The translations under genes and the position numbers were made by a program. Under the pieces are notes generated by a model. That model saw only the letters and a program-made list of their open reading frames with translations, ran no database searches and was not told where the DNA came from. From Lama glama (Eukaryota): a DNA stretch of 64,000 bases. Below are positions 13,081 to 25,258 of this stretch, piece by piece; the first letter of the stretch is position 1, and every line of letters begins with the position of its first letter. The stretch is from contig CM052818.1 in the NCBI GenBank assembly GCA_028534125.1, positions 46,130,001-46,194,000 of the forward strand. The letters run 5' to 3'.

Positions 13081-14186
13081 GTATGGAATAATTTGCTGAA
13101 ATGCGTATGTGTGCGTTTGAAATCAAGGTTGTGTCTCATTCAGATGAACAAACCCTGTTGTAGCCTCATGTGCAGAGTTGAGTTGATCATACACCTCACT
13201 TTGTGGCGCACTTGTCACTGGTCTGTGCAAGACCCGTGATTATTTCTCTTCATTATTTCCCCTTCAGTCACCTCTCTTCTCCTTCCTCTCTCATAGGCAT
13301 CTGTTTTAATGTGTTTAATATTTGCCTGGATAGGTGTATATTCTTGAAAGATAATGTGTTATTTTGTGTATATATGTGTTTTTAATGTGCCAAAATGTTT
13401 TCCACCTTAGATCTTCCTAAAACTCAGCATCGTGTTTTTGCAGCCCTGCTTCCTGCTGCGTTGTGTTTCTGTGTCTGCGTGTCTGTGTCGTTGTCCGTAT
13501 CTGGTTCGTCGTTTGGGCGCCGCTGAGTGTTTAGTCCTGCGACTTACTGTAATTTACTTCTCTGTTCACCAAGCGAGGGCTGCTTGGATGGCCTTTGTCT
13601 CCTCGATACTGCAGATAGGGCTGCACGGAACATCCCTACCCCGCTCCTCTGGGAGCTGTGAGAGCTCCCTGGGTGCGCACGGAGGAGCGACATTGCTCAG
13701 TCACGGGGAGGCACTCCAGTGGTCTCTGGAGCAGCAGTGAGGGTTTGTCAGCGCCACATTCAGCGGGTCCAGGTTCCTGGATTCTGGTGTCCTGCCAGCA
13801 CGCAGTGTTACCTAACTCTCTTATTTTTTTGCCAGTCAGAAGAGTGTAAGGTGATTTCTTACTCTTATTTACTTTTTTCTTGAACATTTCTTTGTATTTG
13901 TTAGCTCTTTAGACTTCTCCTTTATTGAATAGCTAGTTCGTGTATTTGGTCCATCTTTAACTGGGTTGCATGTGTTTTTGCTGTTACTGATTCGGAGGAG
14001 TTCTTGTGTGAGAATCTCTGTGGTTTCGGCACTGCTTATACCTTCCTCCTAGCTTTTGTCCTTTTTGGAACAGAAACCCCCTTTCACTGTCATCGAATCT
14101 GTCATTTTGTTGTGTGTGTGTGTGTGTATTTTTTTGAATTGTGGATCTGCAGCTGCTTCTATTAGTTTCATAATTTGACTTTTTAC

Positions 14187-14351
14187 TTTTTTTTGTTTTG
14201 GGGTTTTTTTAGGGGGAGGGGACTACTTAGTTTTGTTTGTTTGTTTGTCTGTCTGTCTGTTTGTTTGTTTATAATGGAGGGACTGAGGATTGAACCCAGG
14301 ACCTTATATTGGTAAGCACACGCGCTACCACTGAGCTGTACCCTCCCGCCT
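14187..14351 (-). mobile_element. tRNA-Ala-derived camelid SINE with (TTTG/TCTG)n tail
   Basis: aatggaggg actgaggattgaacccagg...ctaccactgagctgtaccctccc; flanking repeat actttttac at 14178-14186 and 14352-14360. Confidence 0.85.
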
Positions 14352-14694
14352 ACTTTTTACATCTAGGACTTTATCAGGAGCTGATCTTCAGGCTGTATTG
14401 ATTATCAGTGACCCCTGTAATTCTGTCAGTTGTTCCATTAAAAATATCTCAAAGCTGTATTAATAGGCACATAATTGGACCTACTCTCTACATCTCGGCC
14501 TGCTGTTCCCTTACCAGTATATAATGCTCCTTTTTGGCCCTCGTGGTTTCTTTTAACTTTAATTGTTTTATTTAGTATTCAGTTTGCTACCCTAGGTTTT
14601 TTTTCTTTTGCTATTGTTGTTCCTATTTGGGATACCTATCCCGTTCTTATATTTTTCTGGTTTCTCTGTCACTTGGTTGCTTGGTTTGATTTTT

Positions 14695-15402
14695 GTAACA
14701 GGTTTATTGAGATATAATTAACAACTTACTGTACCATTTGCTCATTTAAAGTGTCCAGTTCAGTGGTTTTTAGTGTATTCACATTTGTGCTTCCACCCAC
14801 CAGTCAGTTTCCACCACCTCGGAAAGAAACCCATATGCTTTAGTCATCATTTTGAATCTCCTCATCGCCCCAGCCCCAGACAGCCACTAATCTACTTTCT
14901 GTTTCTATGGATTTGCCTATTTTGGATACTTCATATAAGTGGAACCGTACAGTATGTGGGCTTCTTTGACACAGAATAATGTGTTTCAAGATTCATCCAT
15001 GTTGCAGCATGAATCAGTCCTTCATTTATTTTTATTGCTGAATGGTATTCCATTGTATGGATATACCACATTTTTTATTCATTCTTCAACTGATGGATTT
15101 TTGGATTGTTATCATTTTTTGGCTGCTCTGAATAATGCTACTGTGAAGATTTATGTGCAGTTTTTTGTGTGGACGTGTTTTCATTTCCCTTGTATACCTC
15201 CAGTTGTAGAGTTGCCCTGTCATATGGTAACTCTGTTTAATTGTTTAAGGAACTGCCAGGCTTGTTTCCAAAGTGACTGCACCATTTTACATTCCCAGCA
15301 GCATGTATGAAGCTTCCACTTTCTCCAAATCCTGACCAACAGCTGTTATGGTCTGTCTTCTTGATTGTAGCCATCCTAGTGGATGTGAGGTTTTATCTCA
15401 TC
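14695..15402 (-). mobile_element. Old L1 (L1MB-like) 3' region
   Basis: tttattgagatataatt...atttaaagtgt...ccactaatctactttctgtttctatggatttgcctattttgga...ttttacattcccagcagca. Confidence 0.85.
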
Positions 15403-16249
15403 TAGATTCTTCCTTCAGCCTTGAAATACACATTCTATAAGATGTTACTCGTGATTCTTATGTTCTGAGATCTGTCAGCATCATGTTAGTTTATCAAATA
15501 TCAGGAGCCTGAATATCTCATTCAAGCTTTAAAACACACTTTCTAGCTGTGCTCAGTGTTTCAGTCTTTGTTGTTTTAGAAGGTTTTAGAAACAGTTTTA
15601 GAAAGAACATATTTTCTTTTTAAATAAGCATAAGTAAAGCAATTGTAAAAAAGGATTTTCCTTCTTATCAGCCTTTTGTTCCCTTGGCATTTTATACAAA
15701 GTGGCAGCATCATCACCTGAGATCTTGATAGAAGTGGAAATGCTCGGTCCCCTCCCCAGGCCAGTTCTGGGGACAGGGCCCAGCTCTCTGTCCCAGCATC
15801 CACGTGTCGGGGCTCCTGATATGTGCTCACCTTTGAAAGCCACGTTCAATAGGTGATGCTGTGTTTTCAGTTATTTTCCTGTGCATCTGATTTTAGTCCT
15901 TTAAGAACAGATGTTTAACAAATATTTGTTGAGCATATTTTATGTATCTGCTGAGGACAGCATCATGTACTGAAAATACGATGACAGTACAGAGTATAAA
16001 CCTTCACTGAATTTGCTGCCTTTTTCCAGAGCTTGCTTTCAGTGGTAGCGAGTTTGTTGTAAGATAGTCTTGTTGACATTATGAATGCCCAGTGCCCATA
16101 ACAGGTTTTATAAAACCAGAGGCAAATGTAAATGCCTAAGCAAGTGTCCCATATGTGTTAGGCAGTTAATGAAAGACTGCTTTTGTTTGAAATAGGGCAG
16201 ATTCTTTTAAGCTCACAGACCTTTAAGTCTGAATTCTTTTTGTTGGTTT

Positions 16250-16383
16250 GTTTCTTTTTAGGGAGGCAGGGCGTGGTAATTAAGTTTGTTTATTTATTAA
16301 TTTTTGAATGGGGTTACTGGGAATTGAACCCAGGACCTCGGGCATGCTAGGCATGCACTCTACCACTGAGCTGTACCCTCCCC
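16250..16383 (-). mobile_element. tRNA-Ala-derived camelid SINE
   Basis: aatggggttactgggaattgaacccaggacctcgggcatgctaggcatgcactctaccactgagctgtaccctcccc. Confidence 0.85.
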
Positions 16384-16619
16384 ACCAAGTTCTTTTGATT
16401 GGTTCCGTTCCTCAGTTTAAAGGCCAGGCCTCCAGAGCCCTGGGCGTACACAGTCTAGTGCTTTCTTGCAGTTTTTCTCTTCCCTTTTAGTGTTGACTTT
16501 TAACCGCTTGTGCTTCCTTCTCATTTTCCAGAGTGGGTCACTCATTCTTCCTTTCTCCCAAATTTAACATCCTTGGGTGACTTTCTTTGTCCTTCAGAAT
16601 CATTGATTCCCTCAAGAAG

Positions 16620-16990
16620 TACTTGTGGTGTACCTGCAGGGTGGTGGGCGTGCACTGATTCTTTAACAGTTTGGGTCTCTGCTCTAATGGAGTCTAGCGG
16701 TAAGAAGCAGAAAATAACCACAGATAATCAGACAGACGTAAATTGTAGACCGTGTGCTGTGAAGGGGAGAAGCAGTGTGATGGGGGTGAGGGCCACCAAC
16801 TTGGGTAGGGTCCGCAGGGATGTCAGAGGAGAGCTTTGAGATGAAGCTTAAGGGTGAGAAAAAATCCAGGCCTCCTGAAAGAGTAGGAACAGGAACATTC
16901 CGGGGACGGAACAGCATATGTGTTAAGGTTCTGGGGTTAGAAAGAAAAGGAAGAGAAGGGGGGCCTTTGTAGCTGAGCATGTGGGTTGGG
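16620..16990. mobile_element. L2 fragment
   Basis: gctctaatggagtctag...tttgagatgaagcttaaggg...attccggggacggaacagcatatgtgttaaggttctgggg resembles the L2 3' region. Confidence 0.5.
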
Positions 16991-17358
16991 GACTTGGGGA
17001 CAGCTGTTGGCAGTGACACCCTCCCAGGAAGTTTGCGTTTTAGTCAAGTCGCAGTGCATAGGCGTCCGCTTAATTAGTGAGAATAGTCCATTCCGTCTTA
17101 TATGTATGTTCTTTTATGTGGATGTTACGTTTCACAGTAAAAAGATAAAAGCAGGATACGCGGTGCGGGTAAGTGGTGATGGAGGCGAGGCTGGGGGTGG
17201 CCCGAGCAGACACTGGGGGGGGGGGCGGAGCTGGACGCACAGCCAGGCCTCGGTGTCGCTGGCTGGACCCGGGCCACCCGCTGCTGTGAGAATCGGCGCC
17301 CACCCTGCAGCCCTGGTGGCCATCGACTCAAAGTGACCCATGACCTATGTGCTCGCAG

Positions 17359-17493
17359 GAAACAGCAGTGAGTGTCCCCCTCCGGGAAATGCAGCCGATG
17401 ACACGGTGTGCCTGGATCTGGGCCGGTGCAAGGACGGCAAGTGCGTCCCCTTCTGCGAGCGGGAGCAGAGGCTGGAGTCGTGCGCGTGTAATG
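17359..17493 (+). CDS. ADAM17: ADAM17 exon 14
   Basis: gcag|GAAACA...TGTAATG|gtgagc, 135 bp; (G)[44 protein letters not shown]. Confidence 0.97.
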
Positions 17494-18351
17494 GTGAGCC
17501 GTCCCCAAGCACGTCCCCACGCCGTCCTGGTGCAGGGATGGGAGTGGCCCTGGTCTGGGGGCCGGTCAGGGCAGTGGGGAGAACCCAACCGGGGTGGAGG
17601 GCCGGGATGACAGGGCGGTGTGCGGAGACAGACCTGCATCCGGTTCTGTCTGTGGAACTAGCTGTCTGTGGACCCAGCTGTCTGTGGAAACTGTCCTGCC
17701 ATCTAACTTCTTGCTGCGCTTTCAGACCATGAAGGAGATGGGGTGTGGGCAGCCGGGGGGGTGGAAGTCTGTCTTCACTCCTCCTCCCCCACATCATACT
17801 GTGAACACACAGGAGCGGCGTGCACCCCAGTGGCCTTGAACTCTGATACTCCTTCGGGGCCTCATCCTGAGAGCTGGTTCCAGGTCTGACCCGCTCTGTT
17901 GGGGTGTTTGCTGGGCCTGCTGCCCTCTGCTCCCTGCCAGACTCCTGGGGCAGGGACCTCGCTTAACAGTGCTTGGGGACATCCTGCTGGCTTCTCTGAT
18001 ACTTGACCTCAGGTTTCCACACTTTGTTTTTGGAGCCCGCAGGTCTGAGTAGGGGCCTCGCGGACTGGCTGGGCTCTGAGCTCCCCACCCCACCTCAGAG
18101 AGTTTTCTGTTGCTTTCAAAACAAAAATCCCAACTCAGAACCCCTGAGTTGGGAACTTTCCATCCATACAGTGGAGTAAGTGGCTCTTCGGGGTGGAGTA
18201 ACATGTAAATAAAGAAGATAACACACAGTAGATGTCAGATAATTTATTGAGTGAGTGGCAAGAGGCTTGCGGTGCTGGAGGGACACCTAGTAAATGCCCA
18301 GGAAATGCTTGATACATGAATGAGGAAAAGGTGGGGGTTTTAATTAAAAAA

Positions 18352-18790
18352 ATTTTTTTTTAAATTCAAGTATCATCAGTTACAATGTGTCAGTTTCTGG
18401 TGTGCAGCATGATATCCCTGTCATGCATGTACACACATGTATTTGTTTCATATTCTTTTCCATTAAAGGTTATTATAAGATACTGAATATAGTTCCCTGT
18501 GCTCTACAGAAGAAAGTGTTTTTTATCTTTTTATATATAGTGGTTATCATTTGCAAATCACAAACTCCCAAATTTATCCCTTCCTACCCCCCTTTTTTAT
18601 TTATCCCTTCCTACCCCCTTTTCCCCAGTAACCATAAGATTGTTTACTGCGTTTTGGTTTTTTTTAGATTCCACATAAGAGCGATCTCATATGGTATTTT
18701 TCTTTCTCTTTCTGGCTTACTTCACTTAGAATGACGATCTCCAGGTCCATCCATGTTGCTGCAAATGGCGTTATTTTATCTTTATCGTTG
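18352..18790 (-). mobile_element. Younger L1 3'UTR fragment
   Basis: Poly-T then cagttacaatgtgtcagtttctggtgtgcagcat...ttagattccacataagagcgatctcatatggtatttttctttctctttctggcttacttcacttagaatgac. Confidence 0.85.
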
Positions 18791-19451
18791 AGTACTAGGA
18801 AAAGGTTTTTATTTTCCCTTTAAAGTGGTTGTGCTTGTTTTTGTGTTCTGGTTGATGTTGATTTTTCCTGAGAGTATAAATTCAGACTTTGCCCTGGGTC
18901 AGATAGAGATGGTCCCTTGAGTCACACTGCCCGCTAACTTTTGGGGCACGTCTGTTGTTTGTACGCGTGCTGCACACCCCACGTGCTGTTGGGGGGTGCC
19001 CTGAAGGACAGGATGTCCCGTTGCGCTCAGGCTGCGGTGTGTGTGTTGCTGGCGGGCCACTCGGATCCACGCCTGAGGCCGGCTGTCCTGTCTTAGCTGC
19101 TTGGCTCTCGCTGGAGCCGTGGCTTTCCAGAGTGTGCTGGAAACTGAGAAGCCAAGGACTGAAACCAGCAGTGTACTAAGAACAGTGGGACAAAGGGAAA
19201 CATTTAGCATTATGAAGGGTTTGGAGTAGAATAATTTGGCTTTTCATCTGTTAAAGAAAGGAAACATGTCTTTGTGAGTTGTTTTTTCCTTGTGGCCTGA
19301 GGGCCGAGGAGCCTGAGCTCAGAAGTTACTCCTTGGTGGGGGTGACACCTGGATGATATTAGCTCTTGAAGTAAAGAATGGATGCGGCCCTTCCCCTGCG
19401 GGAGCGTGGTGGGAGGGGCGCGCGTCTAAGCGGGCTCCTGCTCCGTTTCAG

Positions 19452-19582
19452 AAACCGACAACTCGTGCAAGGTGTGCTGCAGGGACCCCTCGGGCCGCTG
19501 CGTGCCCTACGTCGACGCCGAGCAGAAGAACTTATTTTTGAGGAAGGGAAAGCCGTGTACAGTAGGATTCTGTGACATGAAT
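19452..19582 (+). CDS. ADAM17: ADAM17 exon 15 (membrane-proximal domain)
   Basis: tcag|AAACCG...ATGAAT|gtgagt, 131 bp; (E)[47 protein letters not shown] and basic RKGK motifs. Confidence 0.97.
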
Positions 19583-20369
19583 GTGAGTATTGACTTACGT
19601 ACAACTTTTTCTGTAACAGCCAGATGTGAAGTTTTTATATAGTAAATCCTTGACTTTACAAATGGAAGGAGATGAGAACACAGATGCCACCGTGTCTTTC
19701 TAACCGTTTTGTCCTTGTGTGGGAGTCCAGTGGAGTGTGTGTGGGCGTGACCGGGAGGAGGGGACCGAGTGCCCTCAGGAGACTGGGCAGGACCTCGGAG
19801 GGGACTTTGCGGCAAAACTGAATGGCTTGTAGGCAGTCGGTCCTGCTTATTTGGTTTTCTAGGCTAATTATGAAATTCACAGATATTACGGAATTGCACG
19901 TTTTGATTTTGAAACAGGTGCTCAATGGGTAGGAAGGGTCCCCAGGCGGCTTGACTCGCCCGAGTCAGACCCTTTTGCTCTCACAGAAACATGGTTTCAC
20001 TCCTGCACGGTCAGGGAAGAGGCTTTAAAGGGCTCGAGAGGCTTCTTCGGGCTGTCTGCCCGGCTCTTCCCATCCACTGTGTGTGTATCAGGGCAGCCCT
20101 TCCTGGAATTGCCCCATCTTTAACAAGTTGGTGTTCTTGAGTTTTGTCTTTGGGTCATTCTAAATTCACTTACAAGCACAGGCTGATTGTGGCGTATCGG
20201 TGACAGCTACCCGCTTTCCTAGGTACCCATTACACTGTGTCGAAGATGGGTCCCCTGGCTGTTTGGTTTTAATGCAGCCCTTTTCATGTTAATTATTCAT
20301 ATAAAGCCCCGTTCCTTCTAAGTAAATGCACTGCCGTTAGGGGTGACGCTGTCCGTCTCCTGTTCACAG

Positions 20370-20448
20370 GGCAAGTGTGAGAAGCGAGTGCAGGACGTCA
20401 TCGAGCGGTTTTGGGAGTTCATTGACAAGCTGAGCATCAATACTTTTG
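20370..20448 (+). CDS. ADAM17: ADAM17 exon 16 (CANDIS stalk)
   Basis: acag|GGCAAG...ACTTTTG|gtaggt, 79 bp; [26 protein letters not shown]. Confidence 0.97.
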
Positions 20449-21190
20449 GTAGGTGGCTCCCCCACGTGGTTAGTTGCTTAGAACTGAGCTGATTCCTAGA
20501 AGAGTGTGGTTTCAGACTGATACGCTCTGATCCTGCAATAGAAGGTGGAACTAGTCACCACTTTTGTTTTGAAACGACTTTGTTGGCTAAATAAAACTGA
20601 CTCATGGGTCTGCCCCTGGACAGTGTGGATGCACAAGTGTTCAGACAAGGGAAGTCAGAATATTGGCTTCTTTACTAAAAAACAAACGAACATGTAACAG
20701 CATAAGCCTGGTTCATTCCTATAGATTGTAAATCTGAAACCTATTTGGTGTAAGAATCATTTATTTAAAAGTGAGCCTCAGATTTTGCTGAAGCGAGGAT
20801 GCACTGTGCCCTCCGGAGTTCATAATTTATAGTTTAGTCACAAAAATAATAATACCCAGATAGCAACAGCATTGCCTCCGTAAGCATCGTTCCGCATAGT
20901 GGCTTCCTTTCCGGTGAGTCCACGGATGCGGTCCCTCCAGGGACCGCGGTGGCCCTCTGTCACGTGGCCTGTTCTCGGTCAGCGCGTCGGGGCCGTTGCG
21001 GGGGGCGCGCGGTGTGGGCAGGGGGTCGGGGCTGGTGCAGGCGCTGTGGGCTCGCCTCTCGGGCCGGAGTCAGTGCTAGTTCCCAGCCGACGGTCTGAGG
21101 CGTTTGACACATGGTGATATTCTAAGAGCATTTAATTTTCAATTTCTAAAGTTCTTGGTTAAGACGTTGACTGTCTGGAATTGTCCACAG

Positions 21191-21279
21191 GGAAGTTTTT
21201 AGCAGACAACATCGTAGGCTCCGTCCTGGTTTTCTCCTTGATATTTTGGATCCCTTTCAGCATTCTTGTCCACTGTGTG
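21191..21279 (+). CDS. ADAM17: ADAM17 exon 17 (transmembrane helix)
   Basis: acag|GGAAGT...TGTGTG|gtaagt, 89 bp; (G)[29 protein letters not shown]. Confidence 0.97.
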
Positions 21280-22794
21280 GTAAGTCCCTGTTTTTTAAGC
21301 AGTAAAACGTATTAGAATTTTGAACAACTCCAACCATATAACCTTTGAAAAGATAAAATTTGCTCTTAGAAAAATCTGACCTCCTATATCCAATGACATT
21401 TTGGTGTTATCCCTGGAAAAACACATTTTGTGAAAGGGGTAACTAATAGTCTTTTTGAATAGTTACATTTTGTGTGTGTGTGTGTGTATTGTTCTCATGT
21501 ATAATTTCTGGGGAATTTGATACTCTAAGCGCACGAAGCTGCTTACCTAGACTTGGGCAGGGCCTCTGACGAGTGAAGCTTCTAAACGAGCATTTTCAGG
21601 CTGGCTCTGTTGTAAAGAGCGAACGCCAGACAGCACGTGGAGAGTATTCAGATCCTTCCAAACGGTCATTGTGAGCAGTCTATTTTATTTAAAATGAGTA
21701 ACCGCTAACACAATGAATTGGGCTTTATCTGTGAGACTCCAGATTTTCTTACAAATCCGTTCACCTTTCCCCCGTGAGAGACTGAGGACTTGTCTGCTGC
21801 GTGGAGACGAGGAAGTCAGACCCAGGCGTCCAGCCCTGGGCTGCCGCTCCCCGCGGTGCCCTCCCGCGGGCACTGGGGCGACTCCGGCACCGCTTCACGG
21901 CTGCTGCTGCCCTACCTGGGCGCCGCTGTCTCACTCTACGGCTCCTTGTCAGGGCGGTGGGCCTGATGTGTACGGGGCGGGGGGGGGCATCTCTGCTAAA
22001 GCAGAGCTGTGTTAAAAGGGACACGGGTGACCTTCGACAGGCGGGTGACAGTGCCATCCATCATGGTTCCTTTTACTTGAGAGTCAAACGTACTTTGTTT
22101 ACAGTGAAAGTTATGACTGTGGACCGTGAGGCCTGACCCTTGAGTCCTGAGCAGAGCTGCCAACAGCAGAGGGGCAGTGGCTTGTTTCTACAGGGGACGG
22201 TTGGGGCAGCCATACTGGAGGCCAGGCCTGCATTCTCGGCCTCGGCCTCGGCCTCGCCCGGGGTCGTCTGTTACTTGTCAGCCACAGGCAGGGACCACAT
22301 GTTCTGCTTTCTGCAGCAGTGTGATGTCAGGACTTGAAGCCCAGTTCCTCTAAGAGTCTGGAACACAGAAGCTCTGGGACACGGCTGAGAAGGGTATCAG
22401 GGCTGTGGGGCACTGGGGCAGTGTGAGGCCTGGGCCAGGTGAGGCCGCGGGCCCGGCGCCTCAGCCTCCCCAGAGCTGCCCTCGTGGTCAGCGCGCCTCC
22501 GAGCACTGCACACGCGGGGAAGTGCCCTGTTCCTGCCCGCGGTGTGGGGGTTCCTCTCAGAAACCTTGCCTGTTTCCTTGCTTGACGCCAAAAACATATT
22601 TCCTTCAAGTGCGAAGGAAACACCCTGGCAGAACTCTTAAAGCTTGCGTAAGAGATTCATTCTCCTCTGCTGGGCCTGCTACCACTTGCTACAACTCAAG
22701 TTAGTTCTTAATACTCGGAGAAGCTTCTCAGGAAGGAGCCTTCGCTGCTCATAGGAATGGCCTTTCTGAAACCTCGCTGTTCTTCTCTTTCCAG

Positions 22795-22845
22795 GATAAG
22801 AAGCTGGACAAGCAGTATGAGTCTCTGTCTCTGTTCCACCCCAGT
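22795..22845 (+). CDS. ADAM17: ADAM17 exon 18
   Basis: ccag|GATAAG...CCCAGT|gtgagt, 51 bp; DKKLDKQYESLSLFHPS. Confidence 0.96.
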
Positions 22846-23349
22846 GTGAGTATCTGACTCGAAAGAAACCATCGTTTTCAGTTGCGTTTTGAGACCTGCT
22901 AAGCCAGCGCCTTCACTGGCCGCCCCGGCGAGAGCTGTCGGCCTTTCTGGCTGCCCCTTCTTTGGCTGGTGGGATGTCATGTTGTAGCAGGAAGGATCTA
23001 GGTTGGATGTTAAGGTAAATTCTGTGACAGTCACAGTGAACTTGGATGAGATAGCAGAGGAGCGCCGCCCGCCCTCGCCACAACCCTGAGTGACTGGCTG
23101 TTCAGCACTTGGTGGGAGATCTAGTCTCTCGGGATCTTGACAGGGTTGTTTCTTATGAGTCCCTTTTGGGTCTTCAAATGGCGAGTCGTCCAGACGTTTG
23201 GAAGCTGTCTGAGTTGCTTCTGAGGTTTGGGCGTTTTACCTCATGCTCTCCATGTCACGGGGATCAGGGCGCCCATGGCGTGTGGCTGTCTGGTGGGGAA
23301 GGTTGGAGTGGGGGACCTGGGATTCATCGTTGGCTCCTTGTTTTTCCAG

Positions 23350-23709
23350 AACGTCGAGATGCTCAGCAGCATGGATTCAGCCTCGGTTCGCATCATCAAG
23401 CCCTTCCCTGCGCCCCAGACCCCAGGCCGCCTGCAGCCCCTGCAGGCCGCCCCCGCCCCGCCCTCCGGGCCTGCAGGGCCCGCGGCTCTGAAAGCGGACC
23501 ACCAGCGGATGGACACCATCCAGGAGGACCCCAGCACGGACTCGCACGTGGACGAGGACGGCCTCGAGAAGGACCCCTTCCCAAGTAGCAGCACCGCCGC
23601 CAAGTCGTTTGAGGACCTCACGGACCACCCGGTCACCAGAAGCGAGAAGGCCTCGTCTTTCAAGCTGCAGCGGCAGAGCCGCGTGGACAGCAAGGAGACC
23701 GAGTGCTAG
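23350..23709 (+). CDS. ADAM17: ADAM17 exon 19 coding part (cytoplasmic tail, stop TAG)
   Basis: ccag|AACGTC...[38 protein letters not shown]...[14 protein letters not shown] phosphosite and C-terminal ETEC. Confidence 0.98.
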   Translation, partial: NVEMLSSMDSASVRIIKPFPAPQTPGRLQPLQAAPAPPSGPAGPAALKADHQRMDTIQEDPSTDSHVDEDGLEKDPFPSSSTAAKSFEDLTDHPVTRSEKASSFKLQRQSRVDSKETEC

Positions 23710-25220
23710 GTCAGGGCTGCGCGCGCGCTCTGAGGGAGCATGCGGAGCGTCCCTATAGATTTGACCTCAGATCACTGCATATATTTTGTGAAGATTTGGG
23801 AGAAAGAAGGAAGTGACTTCTCAGCAGATGCTGGTCATGTGTTTGGACTTCCTCTGCGCACGTAATACTTGCGTGGTTAGGCCCTTTTCCTTCTGGAGAG
23901 GTAAGGTGACTCTAGCTTGTTTTGAGGCTTTCAGGTTTTAGTTTTTTTTGGTCTTTAAAATATCCTTCAACCTGTGGTGCAAAAGCAGAAACTACAGCTG
24001 TATTAGGTTATGAGTATTTACGTTTTTGTAAATTAACCTTTTCTGTTGAGAACAGCACTGACTAGGGAGACGGCCCGCTGTTTCATACACTGTACTCAGC
24101 TGGTGGCCCTAACGAGGCGGTTAGCAGCTTCTCGCGAGGATGACTGGAACACAGAATAGACTTATCTTTTTGCCTTCAAGTAAAGACAAAGGGTTATGAA
24201 ACCAGGTTACACCTTCTCCAAAATGTGGGTTCTGCTGCTGAGTATGACCCAGGATTTTTAGCAGATGGGAGAATTAACACATCTAAATTTAGGAATATGT
24301 TGGGTCAATGTTTCTTTGTAAGTCTAAATTTTCACATTTCTAATTTTTAGAATTAAAGCAATCTAGCTTACAGTGAGGGTTACAAATTGCAGCCAGATGA
24401 ATTCACAGAATCCTGCCCATTGTCTTGGGTCCTCATTAGCTGGGCGGCTCTTCTGTGTTCTGTAGGTATCTTCATGTATCTGATGCTGCTCTTAAACTCA
24501 CCCTTCAGAAAACCTAAGCTACTTCAGAGTCAGAGTATGGTCACCTCTTCTCAAACGCTGGTGGCCAAGAGGGCACGTGAGACAGTTCTCGCCAAAAGAA
24601 CAGGGTGTGGTGTGCCGGCCTGGGGCTTCATCCCCCACAGCTGATTCCTAAAACACCTTGGTGTTGACCCGAATTACTTCTTGCTTTAGTGCTTCAGGAC
24701 GGTCTGCATTTACTGTGTGAAGGATGAAAACCATCAGACTGAATTCTGATTTCCTTTTAAAAGCTTTTTTCCCCTGCTAAGAGTACTGGAATGTGCTCAC
24801 CAGCCAACACATCTTAACTGAGATAACTTGTAAGCTTCGAGGGCAATCAACCAAACCTGTGATAAATCGTATCTTTTTTCCCTAAGGACCGTTTGTTACG
24901 CAGATACCTGTTACACTAATACTTGAACTTGTATCTCGTGGTATTTGCTGTCTTTTAACTCGTCATAATATTCTTACATTTTAGTTACCCTTTTGGAATC
25001 TGATAGGTGAGTGGGGTGTGTGGGTGTATGTGTGAGTGAAATGGTTCCCAGATGGATGTAAGAAAACCATTTTTTATAAAATTGTGACTTTTTAAGAAAA
25101 CAAAACTGTCTACCTTTTTTCCATTTATAGAGTCAACAAGCTGCTCAGGGTATATTGTGTCGCCGGGGCACTAATAACACCTGCATCCATCAATAAATAT
25201 TATCAAAACACAGCGCACCT
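23710..25220 (+). other. ADAM17: ADAM17 3'UTR (end approximate)
   Basis: AT-rich sequence after the stop; ATTAAA at 24352-24357 and AATAAA at 25192-25197. Confidence 0.65.
25192..25197 (+). terminator. Candidate distal ADAM17 polyadenylation signal
   Basis: Canonical AATAAA about 1.5 kb after the stop, just before the IAH1 3' end. Confidence 0.6.
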
Positions 25221-25252
25221 AGGTACAGAGCCTTCCTGAAACTTCTAATGCT

Positions 25253-25258
25253 TTTATT
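25253..25258 (-). terminator. Candidate IAH1 polyadenylation signal
   Basis: TTTATT on + (AATAAA on -) about 155 nt after the IAH1 stop, followed on - by GU/U-rich tgtgttttgataatatttatt. Confidence 0.75.

Noticed and set aside
17070..18204. Cluster of overlapping 70-150 aa ORFs on both strands
   Set aside because: GC-rich sequence depleted of stops; only exon 14 of ADAM17 (17359-17493) is coding
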